The position numbers were made by a program, and so were the translations under genes. The notes beneath the pieces were generated by a model that was given only the letters and a program-made list of their open reading frames with translations, made no database searches and was not told the DNA's origin. Below are positions 8,971 to 19,441 of a stretch of DNA of 64,000 nt, in pieces. The DNA is from Candidatus Aminicenantes bacterium. Lineage in GTDB: Bacteria; Acidobacteriota; Aminicenantia; UBA2199. Positions within the stretch are counted from its first letter, which is position 1. Every line of letters begins with the position of its first letter. The stretch is from assembly GCA_018262835.1 (NCBI GenBank), contig JADFDP010000004.1:9808-73807 (forward strand), read 5' to 3'.

Positions 8971-9900
8971 TCATTTTTTCAGCGTCCTGGCCATGGCAAG
9001 CACCCCGATGCCGGCGACGGCCGTCAACATGCCCGCCAGCTTCAAAGCAGGCAGCCAATGCCCCAGAAGCCAAAAATCGAGGAGGCTGACCAGGATGGCG
9101 TTTGATCCGGAAACCGCCGCGGCCGGTCCGGCCGGACCCGAAGTAACCGCTTTTTTTATGCACAGCATGCCCAGCGCCATGAAGCCGCCGGCCAGCAACG
9201 CCAGCCATGCAAGCCCGGCGGGCCGCAATTCGGGAAAACGCGATTTTTGCAGCCAATGCCAGGCCAGGGCCAGCAGGCCGCAGCCGCCCACGGTCAGCCA
9301 CAGCACGACCGCCGCCGTGACCGAATTGCAGCCATGCTCCCCGGCCAGTTTCAGAATGAAGTTTGTCAGCCCGAAAAGCACCATGGCCAAGACCGCAATA
9401 CCGACTGCGCCGAAGCGGCTGCCGCTGCCGTTGCCCAAGCTGACCAGCACGATGCCGGTTAAAATGATCGCAATGCCAGCCCATTGCCCGGTTGAAAGTC
9501 TTTCCCGCAAAAACACCCAGGCCAGGAAGGCGACGATCAGGGCGTTGCTCGAAGTGATGGCCACAATCGGCCCCTTGGCCAGCGGATTTGCCGACAGGCT
9601 GATCTTGAGCAAGAGCATGCCCAAAGCCAGGGTGAAGCCGGCGGCAACCGGAAACAGAAAAGATTTTTTTCTGGGGAATCCCGAAAAACCGCGCGCCGAA
9701 ATCTTGAAATAGGCGGCGCCGCCGAGCCCGAGCAGCCCGGCCCCCAGCCAGAGGATCAGGGCGGACTTCACGTTGGCGGCCCGGTCGGCCGTGCTTTTTT
9801 CGGAAATGAAGCCGAGAATGAAATTGGTGACGCCGAAAAAAAATAATGCCGCCAGGGCGAAAAAGAGCCAGCTCCGGCGTCGCTTTTCTGGCGCAGTCAT
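8971..9900 (-). CDS. EamA/DMT-family transporter
   Basis: 309 aa with 10 predicted TM segments in two EamA-like halves. Confidence 0.8.
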   Translation of the reverse strand: MTAPEKRRRSWLFFALAALFFFGVTNFILGFISEKSTADRAANVKSALILWLGAGLLGLGGAAYFKISARGFSGFPRKKSFLFPVAAGFTLALGMLLLKISLSANPLAKGPIVAITSSNALIVAFLAWVFLRERLSTGQWAGIAIILTGIVLVSLGNGSGSRFGAVGIAVLAMVLFGLTNFILKLAGEHGCNSVTAAVVLWLTVGGCGLLALAWHWLQKSRFPELRPAGLAWLALLAGGFMALGMLCIKKAVTSGPAGPAAAVSGSNAILVSLLDFWLLGHWLPALKLAGMLTAVAGIGVLAMARTLKK

Positions 9901-9917
9901 GCGGCGCTGCCGGCCGG

Positions 9918-10115
9918 TCAGGGCCGGGGCCCGCGCAGGATCCTGGCCGGCAGCATGATCACGGCCCTTAAAAGCTCAAAAACACCGCCGACGGCAATAC
10001 CCAGGAGACGGAAAGGGAGTGAAAGGAGCCAGATCAGCGGATAGAACAGGATGGCCAGCAAAGCCAGCGGCCAGCAAATGACCAGCAATATCAACCACAA
10101 TAAAAATTTACCCAT
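9918..10115 (-). CDS. small hydrophobic membrane protein (hypothetical)
   Basis: 65 aa with two hydrophobic helices. It is co-oriented with and 17 nt upstream of the EamA gene. Confidence 0.45.
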   Translation of the reverse strand: MGKFLLWLILLVICWPLALLAILFYPLIWLLSLPFRLLGIAVGGVFELLRAVIMLPARILRGPRP

Positions 10116-10189
10116 GCGTTTCTCCTTGGCGCCAGCCCGCCCCGGGCGGACCGTGAAAGCCCGGATTCGGAATGCTTTAAAGATTTTTT

Positions 10190-10208
10190 TAGCACACTGT
10201 GCTAGAAT
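10190..10208 (+). promoter_or_regulatory. perfect palindrome TAGCACA-C-TGTGCTA overlapping an extended -10 (TGcTAGAAT)
   Basis: Read directly at 10190-10204. The -10 is at 10203-10208, and the ATG of the B3/4 gene is 13 nt downstream. Confidence 0.45.
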
Positions 10209-10221
10209 TTACAAACACAAA

Positions 10222-10866
10222 ATGACCAAGCCATTTTCAATCCAGAACCTGTTGGCCGGAAAATTGAGCGCCGGGATCAATCTCTTTCGCGGGGTGACGG
10301 ACTGCCAAACGGATCTTCTGGACGAATTCATCAGCCGGCAGTTGGCGGCCGTACGCTCCTCTCACCTCCAGGCCCTGCCGCCCGGATTCGCCCTTTCCCG
10401 CCAACTGTATAAATCCTTTCACATCGACCCGACCAAGCACCGCCCCTCGTCTGAAGCCCTGTGGCGACGGCTCCGCGATAAAAACGACTTTCCCGCCGTC
10501 AATCCGCTGGTAAACCTGACCAATCTGCTTTCGCTCAAATTCCAGGTCTGCTACGGACTGTACGACCTGGAACGCATTAGCGGTCCGGTGGTCATCACCT
10601 TGGGCAAGGAAAACGACCAGTACCAGGGAATCCGCAAAGAAGCCCTGAATTTCAGCGGCAAGATCGTGCTGCGCGATGACCTCGGCGCCTTCGGCAATCC
10701 TTCGTCCGACTCGCTGCGGGCCAGCGTGAACGAGGCCAGCCGCGAGGTCAGCCAGGTACTTTTTTTTCTCCCTGACGATCCATTGCGGGAAACCATATTG
10801 GCCGAAACAGCCGCCGTTTTTAGGCAGTTTTTCACCATGGCCGAAAGCCGATTTTTTTTCATATGA
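10222..10866 (+). CDS. B3/B4 (PheRS beta-subunit-like tRNA-binding) domain protein
   Basis: ORF 10051..10866, trimmed to MTKPFSIQN (ATG 10222) to avoid overlapping the convergent small ORF. The layout resembles stand-alone B3/4 proteins. Confidence 0.65.
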   Translation: MTKPFSIQNLLAGKLSAGINLFRGVTDCQTDLLDEFISRQLAAVRSSHLQALPPGFALSRQLYKSFHIDPTKHRPSSEALWRRLRDKNDFPAVNPLVNLTNLLSLKFQVCYGLYDLERISGPVVITLGKENDQYQGIRKEALNFSGKIVLRDDLGAFGNPSSDSLRASVNEASREVSQVLFFLPDDPLRETILAETAAVFRQFFTMAESRFFFI

Positions 10867-10904
10867 ACCGACCATGACCGAAGAAAAAACCAACAGGAGC
10901 AAGA

Positions 10905-11321
10905 ATGCAAAACCAGCGAATTGCTGACAATGCGGCCGATGCCGAACAGAAATCATCAGTAACCATGGGCACTTCCATCACCGGCGCAATCAACGGCCAT
11001 GGGGACTTGCGCCTGGAAGGCCGGATCGACGGCGATATCAAACTGAAGGGATTGCTGTTCATCGGCGGGGAGTGCCGCTTCCAGGGCCAGGCCGAGGCCG
11101 AGAATATCATCATCGAGGGCCAAGTGGAAGGCCGTATCAAGGCGCTGGACAAGATCGAGATCAGGGCGGGCGGCCGCGTGCGTGGGAAGATCGTCTGCCA
11201 GCAGATCGCCATCGCCGAAGGCGCTTTTTTGGACGGGGACGTAAAAAGCATGAAAGGCAAATCCCTGGCCCCCACTTATTTTAACGAGAAAAGAAAAGAG
11301 CTACAAAACGAGAACAAATAA
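10905..11321 (+). CDS. bactofilin (polymer-forming cytoskeletal protein)
   Basis: Repetitive beta-helix pattern: GDLRLEGRIDGDIKLKGLLFIGGECRFQGQAEAENIIIEGQVEGRI...GGRVRGKI. Confidence 0.85.
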   Translation: MQNQRIADNAADAEQKSSVTMGTSITGAINGHGDLRLEGRIDGDIKLKGLLFIGGECRFQGQAEAENIIIEGQVEGRIKALDKIEIRAGGRVRGKIVCQQIAIAEGAFLDGDVKSMKGKSLAPTYFNEKRKELQNENK

Positions 11322-11335
11322 AAACACGGCGGGGG

Positions 11336-11983
11336 TTATTTCAGCCAGACCATTCCGATCATCACACCGCTGCGTTTGGGGGAGAAACAGAGTACCGGAG
11401 ACTTTTTCCGCGGGCCAAAAAAAAGACGGTTGATTTTTTTAAAGGGGTTCAAATAATAAAGAAGATAATTCCCCCAGCGCCGGTCACCGGCAGCGATCTT
11501 CCTTTCTCCCAGTTCGGAGAGGGGGGCCATGACATATACGGCGGCCAGTGAACCGCACAGGTCGGAAAGCAGGTCTTTGGAAGACGGCAGCCACAGGCTC
11601 CCTTCGATGACATACTCCCAGACCACGTTTGCCGTCTGGGTGAACGCCAGGGTTTCCAAATTGTCGTATCCCCGTTCCTTTAGATACAAGCCCAGGGCCA
11701 TGTAGCTGAGCGGGTGGCCGACATAGTTGATCCAAAAACCGTTATGGTCGCGTTTACCGCCCTCGCGGGCGCTCCAAACCGGATATTTGAAATTTTCCCA
11801 GACCTTCCGGATCGAGGCCTCGCGAAAAATGCGCTGGCGCGTGTCGGGAATAATGAGAACATAGGCGCAGGTGACCGCCGAAACCATGGCCGCGTCCAGC
11901 AGGAGATTTTTTTTCTTTTTTCCGCTGTCGGCCGGCATGAGCAGGAAAGGAAAGAGAGAGATCAGCAGCAGCCGTTTCACCAT
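11336..11983 (-). CDS. DUF3943-like secreted/membrane protein
   Basis: ORF 11336..12175, trimmed to MVKRLLLISLFPFLL (signal-like). An extended -10, TGtTACAAT (11993-12001, minus strand), lies 9 nt upstream of that ATG. Confidence 0.6.
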   Translation of the reverse strand: MVKRLLLISLFPFLLMPADSGKKKKNLLLDAAMVSAVTCAYVLIIPDTRQRIFREASIRKVWENFKYPVWSAREGGKRDHNGFWINYVGHPLSYMALGLYLKERGYDNLETLAFTQTANVVWEYVIEGSLWLPSSKDLLSDLCGSLAAVYVMAPLSELGERKIAAGDRRWGNYLLYYLNPFKKINRLFFGPRKKSPVLCFSPKRSGVMIGMVWLK

Positions 11984-12023
11984 ATCCCTGCCATTGTAAC
12001 ACAAATAGCCGCTGCCGCGCCTA

Positions 12024-12052
12024 TTGACATTCAGGACGCAACGGTTTAAAAT
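12024..12052 (+). promoter_or_regulatory. promoter TTGACA-17-TAAAAT for the S1-domain gene
   Basis: Hexamers at 12024-12029 and 12047-12052. The TTG 'start' in the ORF track is the -35 box. AAGGAAAA lies before ATG 12105. Confidence 0.5.
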
Positions 12053-12104
12053 GAAATTGCCATCTTGGTATTCCGAATCAATCCCAAGCAAACAAGGAAA
12101 ATCC

Positions 12105-13337
12105 ATGACTGAAAACAAAAAGGGAACATTGGCATCTGCAAATAATGGGGAAGAAAGCTTTTCCGACATGTACAAAGCGTCTTTTCACCCCACGGCCCGC
12201 GTCAAAGTCGGCGAAGTGGCCGAGGGCAAAGTGATCTCCATCGGCAAAGACAATATATTCCTGGACCTGGGCAGCCGAGCCGAAGGCATGATCGACAGCG
12301 ATGAATTCCTGCGCCAGGGCGAATCGTCCGTTAAGGCCGGGGACAGAGTCCAGGTCCTGGTAACCGCTTTCCGGGACGGGATCTTCCATTGCACGTCCAG
12401 ACTGCGCCAGGCCGGCCGCAGCGACTCGCGTACGGCCAAGGATTCCCCCTCCCTGGCCATGCTGCGTGAGGCGTATGCCGCCCGCATCCCGATTGAAGGC
12501 AAAGTAAAGGCCGTGAACAAGGGCGGATTCGAAGTCCAGGTCATGGGCCAGAAGGCATTTTGCCCGATATCGCAGATCGAAAAAAAATATTGCCAGAACC
12601 CGGAAATCCACCTGGAGCAGACCTATTCCTTTTTAATCAGCCAGTACGAAGAAGACGGACGCAACATCGTGATCGGACGCAAGGAACTGCTGCAGGCCGA
12701 GGAAAGGGAAAGAGCGCGGCTGCTGTGGCAGGGCCTCGACCTGAAGCAGGTGCATGAAGGCACCGTGACCTCGGTGCACGATTATGGCGCCTTCGTCGAT
12801 ATCGGCGGCGTGGAGGGGCTTTTGCACGTTTCGGAAATTTCCCACCAAAAGGTCCAAAGCGCCCGTGAGGCGCTGCAACCCGGGCAGAAGCTGCAAGTGG
12901 CCATCATCAAAATGGACCGGGAAGCCGGCAAGATCTCCCTGAGCCTCAAAACCCTGCTGGTCGACCCCTGGACCGCTGCCGGCGACAAGCTGGCCCTGGG
13001 CGCCGAATTCGCCGGGAAAGTCGTCCACCTGAAACCCTTCGGGGCTTTCATCGAACTGTTCCCGGGAGTGACCGGCCTGCTGCACGTTTCCCGCCTGGGC
13101 GCAGACCGCCGGGTGAACCATCCCAAGGAAGTCCTGGAAGTCGGCGCCATGGTCAACGTGCGCATACTGGCGGTCGATACGGAGCGCAAGACCCTTTCCC
13201 TGACCATGGAAGAACCCGAAGAAGATTTCAGCGCCGAGCTCTCCCGCTTGAAGGAAAAGCAGGACCTGGACCAAAAGAAGGGCAGCGGCACCATGGCCGC
13301 CCTGCTGGACTCCGTAATTTCAGAAGAAAAGAAATAG
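12105..13337 (+). CDS. S1 RNA-binding domain protein (four S1 repeats), paralogue of rpsA
   Basis: Four repeats of the G.V..V...G.FV.L.....G..H.S pattern, e.g. GTVTSVHDYGAFVDIGGVEGLLHVSEIS. Confidence 0.8.
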   Translation: MTENKKGTLASANNGEESFSDMYKASFHPTARVKVGEVAEGKVISIGKDNIFLDLGSRAEGMIDSDEFLRQGESSVKAGDRVQVLVTAFRDGIFHCTSRLRQAGRSDSRTAKDSPSLAMLREAYAARIPIEGKVKAVNKGGFEVQVMGQKAFCPISQIEKKYCQNPEIHLEQTYSFLISQYEEDGRNIVIGRKELLQAEERERARLLWQGLDLKQVHEGTVTSVHDYGAFVDIGGVEGLLHVSEISHQKVQSAREALQPGQKLQVAIIKMDREAGKISLSLKTLLVDPWTAAGDKLALGAEFAGKVVHLKPFGAFIELFPGVTGLLHVSRLGADRRVNHPKEVLEVGAMVNVRILAVDTERKTLSLTMEEPEEDFSAELSRLKEKQDLDQKKGSGTMAALLDSVISEEKK

Positions 13338-13362
13338 CCGCGGCATTCGCCGGCCGGATCCG

Positions 13363-14214
13363 TCAATAAGGAATATTCCCTTTTTTCAAACCCGATTGGG
13401 CATAGATCAGGCGCATGACCTCGGTGGACGTTTCCTCGATGGATTTGTAAGTGGCGTCCAGGATGGGCCAGTGCCAACGCTCGTACTGGCGCAGGGCGAA
13501 AAGCACTTCGCGGCGGATGTACTCGATGCTGGCATAGGCTGAACCATCGGGGGCCTTCATTTTCAACTGTCTTTCACAGCGGATCGCTTCCAGGCGCTGG
13601 GGATTGATGGTCAGGGCGATGATCTTTTTTTGGTCAATGGCGTGTATTTCGGCGGGGAGTTCTTCATCCAAAACAACCGGTATATTGGCCACTTTCCAAC
13701 CTCGATAGGACAGGTAAATGCTGACCGGCGTCTTGGATGCCCGGGAAACGCCCAGCAAAACGATCTCGGCCGCATCGAGGCTCGCCAATGCCTTGCCGTC
13801 ATCGTGCTTGATGGTGAAATCCACCGCCTCAATGCGCTTGAAATAATCACTGTCCAGCTGGTGAAACAGCCCCGGCTTGGCCAGCGGGGAAATTTCCAGA
13901 AGATCGGACAGACGGGTCAGCACCGGCCCCAGAATATCCACGGTGGGTACGCCGTTCAAACGGCCCAATTCGGTGATCTTGTGGCGCAGCTCCGCTGAGG
14001 CCATGGTGTAAATGATCACGCCGTTGACCTTGGTGGCCCGCAGAAAAATATTCTGCACCTGCTGCAGGGTGCGGATGTTGGAAAAGGTTTCCAGGTCGAT
14101 CTGGGTTGACTTGAACTGACTCAAGGCTGCCAGGACGACCGTTTCACAGGTCTTGCCCGTGGCATCGGAAACCGCAAAAACGTAGCGCTTGAATTCCTTC
14201 TCGGCTTTCTCCAT
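13363..14214 (-). CDS. ppsR: PpsR/DUF299 bifunctional kinase-pyrophosphorylase (pyruvate,water / pyruvate,phosphate dikinase regulator)
   Basis: 283 aa. Contains FAVSDATGKT and the P-loop-like LLGVSRASKTPVSIYLS. Confidence 0.85.
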   Translation of the reverse strand: MEKAEKEFKRYVFAVSDATGKTCETVVLAALSQFKSTQIDLETFSNIRTLQQVQNIFLRATKVNGVIIYTMASAELRHKITELGRLNGVPTVDILGPVLTRLSDLLEISPLAKPGLFHQLDSDYFKRIEAVDFTIKHDDGKALASLDAAEIVLLGVSRASKTPVSIYLSYRGWKVANIPVVLDEELPAEIHAIDQKKIIALTINPQRLEAIRCERQLKMKAPDGSAYASIEYIRREVLFALRQYERWHWPILDATYKSIEETSTEVMRLIYAQSGLKKGNIPY

Positions 14215-14220
14215 GAAAAA

Positions 14221-14249
14221 ATCGTATGCCGCCTCAGCTGAAAAGTCAA
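14221..14249 (-). promoter_or_regulatory. promoter TTGACT-17-TACGAT, 6 nt from the ppsR ATG (leaderless geometry)
   Basis: The minus strand reads cattgact-tttcagctgaggcggca-tacgat-tttttc-ATG. Confidence 0.5.
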
Positions 14250-14280
14250 TGCCGCCCGTCCCCTGATTTCAGTTCGTCGT

Positions 14281-14310
14281 TTGATAAAAAAACCCCGAAT
14301 CTGCTATAAT
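14281..14310 (+). promoter_or_regulatory. promoter TTGATA-18-TATAAT, 9 nt from the secA ATG (leaderless geometry)
   Basis: Hexamers at 14281-14286 and 14305-14310. No SD lies before ATG 14320. Confidence 0.55.
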
Positions 14311-14319
14311 ACAGGCACC

Positions 14320-16896
14320 ATGCTAAAATTCATCCTGCGTAAAATATTCGGCACCCAAAACGAAAGGGACCTGAAGCGCCTGCAGCCGCTGGTGGCCCGC
14401 ATCAATGCATACGAACCCGCCCTGCTCCCGCTCAGCGACGAGCAGCTGCGCGCCAGAACGGATGAATTCAAAAAAAGGGTGCTGGCCGGCGAGGAGCTGG
14501 ATGCGCTTTTGCCGGAGACTTTTGCCGTGGTGCGCGAAGCGGCCCGCCGCACGCTGAACATGAGGCATTTTGACGTGCAGCTGCTGGGCGGCATGATCCT
14601 GCATCAGGGTAAAATCGCGGAAATGAAAACCGGGGAGGGAAAAACCCTGGTGGCCACCCTGCCGGCCTATCTGAATTCACTGGCCGGCAAGGGAGTGCAC
14701 GTCGTCACCGTCAATGATTACTTGGCCAAAAGAGACTCGGAATGGATGGGCAAAATATACAAATTCCTCGGCCTGTCGGTCGGCGTCATCCAGCACGAAA
14801 TGGATGACCAGCAGCGCAAGCAAGCGTATGGCTGCGATGTCACCTACGGTACCAACAACGAATTCGGCTTCGATTACCTGCGCGACAACATGAAATTCGA
14901 CGTGCAGACTTTGAGCCAGCGTGAGTTCAACTTCGCCATTGTCGACGAAGTGGACTCCATCCTCATTGACGAGGCCCGGACTCCGCTGATCATTTCCGGC
15001 CCCACCGAGGAGTCCACATCTTTTTTCTACCGCGTCAATGAATTCGTTGCCCGCATCAAGCGCAGCAAGGAATACTACGACCACGATGAGAAATCCAAGA
15101 CCGTGGTCTTGACCGAGAGCGGCATCAGCGAAGCCGAAAAGTTCTTCCACGTCGATAATCTCTACGACCTGCCCAACATGGACCTGCTGCACCAGATCTA
15201 TCAGTCGCTCAAGGCCCACCTGATCTTCAACCGCGACGTGGATTACCTGGTCAAGGATGACCAGGTGCTGATCGTGGATGAATTCACCGGGCGCATCATG
15301 CCCGGCCGCCGGTATTCTGATGGCCTGCACCAGGCCCTGGAAGCCAAGGAAAATGTCAAAATCGAGCAGGAATACCAGACTCTGGCCACCATCACTTTCC
15401 AAAATTATTTCCGCATGTATAAAAAGCTGGCCGGCATGACCGGAACCGCCATAACCGAGGCGGCCGAATTCACCCACATTTATCACCTGGACGTTACCGA
15501 GATCCCAACCAACAAGAGATTGATCCGCACCGAGTTTCCCGACGTGATCTACGGCAGCAAGGAAGAGAAATGGGAAGCCGTGGCCAAGGAAATCAAGGCC
15601 TTGAACGAAAAAGGCCAGCCGGTCCTGGTCGGGACGATTTCCATTGAAAATTCAGAACTGCTCAGCCGCAGATTGCACCGGGAGAAAGTCCGCCACGTGG
15701 TGCTCAACGCCAAGTACCACGAGTCGGAGGCAGAGATCGTGGCTCAGGCCGGGCGACTCCATTCGGTGACCATCGCCACCAATATGGCCGGGCGCGGCAC
15801 CGACATTCTGCTGGGCGGGAATCCGGAATCCCTGCTGCGGGATGATTTGAAGAAAAAGGGCTTCAGCCTGGAGACGGCGCCGCCGGTGGTCAAGGAAAAG
15901 GCGCAAGCCGAAATCAACGGCCAGGTGAACCGCGAGCACGAGGCGGTGATCGAGCGCGGCGGACTCCATATTTTGGGTACTGAGCGCCATGAGGCCCGCC
16001 GCATCGACAATCAGCTGCGCGGCCGATCGGGCCGCCAGGGCGATCCCGGATCCTCACGCTTTTACATTTCCCTGGAAGATGACCTGATGAAAATACTGGG
16101 TTCGGACCGCATCCGCGGCATGCTGGTCCGTGCCGGGATGAACAATGGCGTTCCTCTGGAAAACCGGATTGTTTCGCGGGCAATTGAAAACGCCCAGAAG
16201 CAGATCGAAGGCCAGAATTTTTCCATTCGCAAGCACTTGCTCGAATACGACGACGTCATGAACAAACAGCGCCAGCATATTTATTCCCTGCGCCGGGACA
16301 TCCTTTTCGGCAAGGATTTTCAAGAATATATCCAGGAGCTGGTCGGTGATCTTTATGAGGAAATATTTTCCTATTACATCGATGAAAACAAGGAATCCGA
16401 CCAGTGGGATGTGGAGTCGCTCCAGAAGGAAATCCTCCTGCAGTTCGGCCTGGACCTCAGACAGACAAAGCAAAATGATTTCCGCGATACCCCGCCCCTG
16501 ACGCTGAAGGAAAACGTCCTTGAGCAGATCAAAACCGCGTACAGGGAAAAAGAAATGCTGGTCGGCTCCGCGCAGATGCGCGAGTTGGAAAGGATGATCC
16601 TGCTGCAGGTGATCGACTCGCAATGGAAAGACCACCTGCTCAATATCGACCACCTGAAGGAGGGCATCGGCCTGCGCGGCTACGCCCAGAAAGATCCGCT
16701 CATCGAATACAAAAAGGAGAGCTACCAGATGTACGAGGCATTGCTGAACCGGATCGATGAGGAGGTCCTGCGCTTCCTGTTCCTGTTCCGGCCCGTGAGC
16801 GACGAGGAAATCGAGGATTGGCGCAAAAAAAAGAAGCCCAAAATGTCCGCCCCGGCATTTAAAATGCCCGGAGGCAAACACAAAAAAAGAAGATGA
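14320..16896 (+). CDS. secA: preprotein translocase ATPase SecA
   Basis: [21 protein letters not shown]..., the [18 protein letters not shown] Walker A, and [19 protein letters not shown]. The C-terminus lacks the Cys-rich Zn finger. Confidence 0.97.
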   Translation: MLKFILRKIFGTQNERDLKRLQPLVARINAYEPALLPLSDEQLRARTDEFKKRVLAGEELDALLPETFAVVREAARRTLNMRHFDVQLLGGMILHQGKIAEMKTGEGKTLVATLPAYLNSLAGKGVHVVTVNDYLAKRDSEWMGKIYKFLGLSVGVIQHEMDDQQRKQAYGCDVTYGTNNEFGFDYLRDNMKFDVQTLSQREFNFAIVDEVDSILIDEARTPLIISGPTEESTSFFYRVNEFVARIKRSKEYYDHDEKSKTVVLTESGISEAEKFFHVDNLYDLPNMDLLHQIYQSLKAHLIFNRDVDYLVKDDQVLIVDEFTGRIMPGRRYSDGLHQALEAKENVKIEQEYQTLATITFQNYFRMYKKLAGMTGTAITEAAEFTHIYHLDVTEIPTNKRLIRTEFPDVIYGSKEEKWEAVAKEIKALNEKGQPVLVGTISIENSELLSRRLHREKVRHVVLNAKYHESEAEIVAQAGRLHSVTIATNMAGRGTDILLGGNPESLLRDDLKKKGFSLETAPPVVKEKAQAEINGQVNREHEAVIERGGLHILGTERHEARRIDNQLRGRSGRQGDPGSSRFYISLEDDLMKILGSDRIRGMLVRAGMNNGVPLENRIVSRAIENAQKQIEGQNFSIRKHLLEYDDVMNKQRQHIYSLRRDILFGKDFQEYIQELVGDLYEEIFSYYIDENKESDQWDVESLQKEILLQFGLDLRQTKQNDFRDTPPLTLKENVLEQIKTAYREKEMLVGSAQMRELERMILLQVIDSQWKDHLLNIDHLKEGIGLRGYAQKDPLIEYKKESYQMYEALLNRIDEEVLRFLFLFRPVSDEEIEDWRKKKKPKMSAPAFKMPGGKHKKRR

Positions 16897-18365
16897 AAAG
16901 CAAAGATAAAATCATTGCCGACCCGGGCCTGACGTTCGACGACGTGCTGCTGGTTCCCGCGTACTCCGAAGTGCTGCCCAACCAGGTGGATACGGCAACC
17001 ATGTTTTCCCGCCATATCCAACTGCGCATCCCGCTGGTTTCGGCGGCCATGGATACCGTTTCCGAATCGCGGATGGCCATCGCCATGGCCCAGCTCGGCG
17101 GCATGGCCATCATTCACAAGAACCTGACCATCGACGAACAAGCCGGCGAAGTGCTCAAGGTCAAGCGTTCGGAGTCGGGCATGATCGTCAACCCCATCAC
17201 CCTGCGCCCGGACAACACCATCCAGGAAGCACTGCAGCTGGTACGGGAAAAAGGCATTTCGGGCTTGCCCATCATTGATGAACGGGGGAAACTGGTCGGT
17301 ATCCTGACCAATCGCGATTTGCGTTTCGCCGGCAATCTGGACGATAAAATTTCGACCATCATGAAGGCCGCGAATTTGATCACCGCGCCCGAGAACATCA
17401 AGATGGCCGAAGCCAAGCAGCTTTTGCACATCAACCGCATCGAAAAGCTTCCGGTCGTCGACAAGGACAATTTTCTCAAAGGGCTGATCACCTTCAAGGA
17501 CATCGTCAAAACGGAAAAATTCCCTACCGCTTCCAAGGATGCCAAGGGCCATTTGCGCGTCGGCGCCGCCGTGGGCACGGGCGCGGATACCCTGGACAGG
17601 GTCAAGGCACTGATCGCCGCCAAGGTGGACGCGCTGGTCATCGACACCTCGCACGCCCACTCCCGCAAAGTGATGCAGACAATCGAAAAAGTCAGGGCCG
17701 CCGCAAGCGGGGTGGATCTGGTCGTGGGCAATATCGCCACGGCCGCCGCGGCGCAGGATTTGCTGACGCTTGGCGTGGACGGGCTGAAAGTCGGCATCGG
17801 CCCGGGATCGATCTGCACCACCCGCGTGGTGACCGGAGCCGGCGTCCCGCAGATATCGGCCATCATGGCTGTCGCAACCGAAGTCAGCGGCCGCGTCCCG
17901 GTCATTGCCGACGGCGGCATCAAGTTTTCCGGGGATATCACCAAAGCCCTTGCCGCCGGAGCTCATTCGGTCATGATCGGTTCGATCCTGGCCGGAACCG
18001 ATGAAAGTCCGGGCGAAATGGTTATTTATCAGGGCCGATCCTATAAAAAGTACCGCGGCATGGGGTCGATCGCCGCCATGAAGGCCGGCAGCCGCGACCG
18101 CTATTTCCAGGATGACGAATATTCGGAATCCAAGCTGGTCCCCGAAGGAATCGAGGGACGGGTCCCGTACCGCGGCTCGATCATGAACCTGATTCCGTTG
18201 CTCATCGGTGGCGTCAGGGCCGGCATGGGCCTGACCGGCTGCCGCACCATGGACGAACTTCGCGACAAGACCCGCTTTATCCGCATCAGCAGCGCCGGCT
18301 TGAAGGAAAGCCACGTCCACGACGTGATCATAACCGAAGAATCCCCGAATTATCGAATGGACTGA
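16893..18365 (+). CDS. guaB: IMP dehydrogenase
   Basis: [17 protein letters not shown], a CBS pair, and the catalytic loop [11 protein letters not shown]. The ATG overlaps the secA TGA (ATGA). Confidence 0.97.
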   Translation: MKSKDKIIADPGLTFDDVLLVPAYSEVLPNQVDTATMFSRHIQLRIPLVSAAMDTVSESRMAIAMAQLGGMAIIHKNLTIDEQAGEVLKVKRSESGMIVNPITLRPDNTIQEALQLVREKGISGLPIIDERGKLVGILTNRDLRFAGNLDDKISTIMKAANLITAPENIKMAEAKQLLHINRIEKLPVVDKDNFLKGLITFKDIVKTEKFPTASKDAKGHLRVGAAVGTGADTLDRVKALIAAKVDALVIDTSHAHSRKVMQTIEKVRAAASGVDLVVGNIATAAAAQDLLTLGVDGLKVGIGPGSICTTRVVTGAGVPQISAIMAVATEVSGRVPVIADGGIKFSGDITKALAAGAHSVMIGSILAGTDESPGEMVIYQGRSYKKYRGMGSIAAMKAGSRDRYFQDDEYSESKLVPEGIEGRVPYRGSIMNLIPLLIGGVRAGMGLTGCRTMDELRDKTRFIRISSAGLKESHVHDVIITEESPNYRMD

Positions 18366-18373
18366 GGGAAAAA

Positions 18374-18985
18374 ATGAAAGCCATACTGATCCTGTTGATC
18401 ATTGCCCTTTTGCCCATAAGCCAACCCGCCGCCGACTCAAAAGTATTTCTCTATGGCACGGGAGCCAGGTTCAGCTCCTTCGGCATTCCCAGCGCACTGC
18501 TTGATCTGGCACTCTACCAGCACCCGAAGCTGACTGGAACCGCCATGTCTTTCGAACTCCATACTTATGGGGACAAAGGCCCGCGCTCGGTCTTCAGCGG
18601 TGTGTACTGCCTGGAGTACAGCCGAATTTCTGGGGAAGGCTATTGGCGCGTGGAAAATTACGACACCCGGATATTCGGTTCCGGGGAAATCACCCAGCTC
18701 AATTTCACTGCTTCCATATTGCTGCATATTTTCCCCAGTTTTCCCATCCATCCTTATATGGGCGGAGGCATCGGCATCGGCCGGATGAGCATCTGGGCTG
18801 AAGGCTCACACCAGGATGAACTGGGCACGACCATCCGTGAAACCTTCCTGAAAAAGATCATTGTCCCGGTCGGCCACATTCCGGTCGGTATCGTAGGCAA
18901 TATCAACGACAAATTCCTGCTCAGGGCCGAGGCGGGATTCAAGAACGGTTTTTATTTCGGCGGCAGCGTGGTAGTCAACTTTTAA
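18374..18985 (+). CDS. hypothetical secreted protein, probable small outer-membrane beta-barrel
   Basis: Signal-like N-terminus. Alternating hydrophobic pattern and a C-terminal ...GGSVVVNF (terminal Phe beta-signal). Confidence 0.5.
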   Translation: MKAILILLIIALLPISQPAADSKVFLYGTGARFSSFGIPSALLDLALYQHPKLTGTAMSFELHTYGDKGPRSVFSGVYCLEYSRISGEGYWRVENYDTRIFGSGEITQLNFTASILLHIFPSFPIHPYMGGGIGIGRMSIWAEGSHQDELGTTIRETFLKKIIVPVGHIPVGIVGNINDKFLLRAEAGFKNGFYFGGSVVVNF

Positions 18986-19014
18986 AAAAAGCAAAATAAT
19001 TATTTTATTTGTTC

Positions 19015-19048
19015 AATTCACACGTGAATTCCGCTATAATTTTAGCGG
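19015..19048 (+). promoter_or_regulatory. two adjacent inverted repeats around a TATAAT box upstream of the MerR-family gene
   Basis: AATTCAC-AC-GTGAATT (19015-19030) and CCGCTA-N6-TAGCGG (19031-19048). The second encloses TATAAT at 19035-19040. Confidence 0.45.
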
Positions 19049-19063
19049 AGCTGAAAGGGAGAA

Positions 19064-19435
19064 ATGGCCAAAAACAATATTCCCGATAAATTGACTTTCC
19101 GCCGCAAAGAGGTCATGCAACTGGCCAAACTTGACGGCCGGGTGCTGGATTACTGGGAAAAGGAATTCGCCGCTTTTGTTCCTGTAATCAACCAAAGCGG
19201 AGAAAAATTTTACAGCCGGCGAGACGTTGAGATCATCTTGGCCATCAGGCAATGGCTGATTATGGAGAAGTGCGATAAGGGCAGGATCCAGAGCCTGCTG
19301 CTGCAATATTTCGGCGACCTGACCCAGGCTCAATCGACGGCAAATCAGGATCCGGTCGATCCGGAAAAATTGAAGAGTATCCGCCGCGGCCTCAGCGAAA
19401 TATTGACTTTACTCGCTAAAGATGATAAAAACTGA
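19064..19435 (+). CDS. MerR-family helix-turn-helix transcriptional regulator
   Basis: LTFRRKEVMQLAKLDGRVLDYWEKEF...YSRRDVEIILAIRQWL matches the MerR N-terminal HTH pattern. Confidence 0.72.
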   Translation: MAKNNIPDKLTFRRKEVMQLAKLDGRVLDYWEKEFAAFVPVINQSGEKFYSRRDVEIILAIRQWLIMEKCDKGRIQSLLLQYFGDLTQAQSTANQDPVDPEKLKSIRRGLSEILTLLAKDDKN

Positions 19436-19441
19436 ATGAGT

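Noticed and set aside
16722-18320. 532-aa minus-strand ORF antisense to guaB
   Set aside because: guaB on the plus strand is unambiguous. The antisense translation is Gly/Asp/Arg/His-rich with no recognisable motifs.
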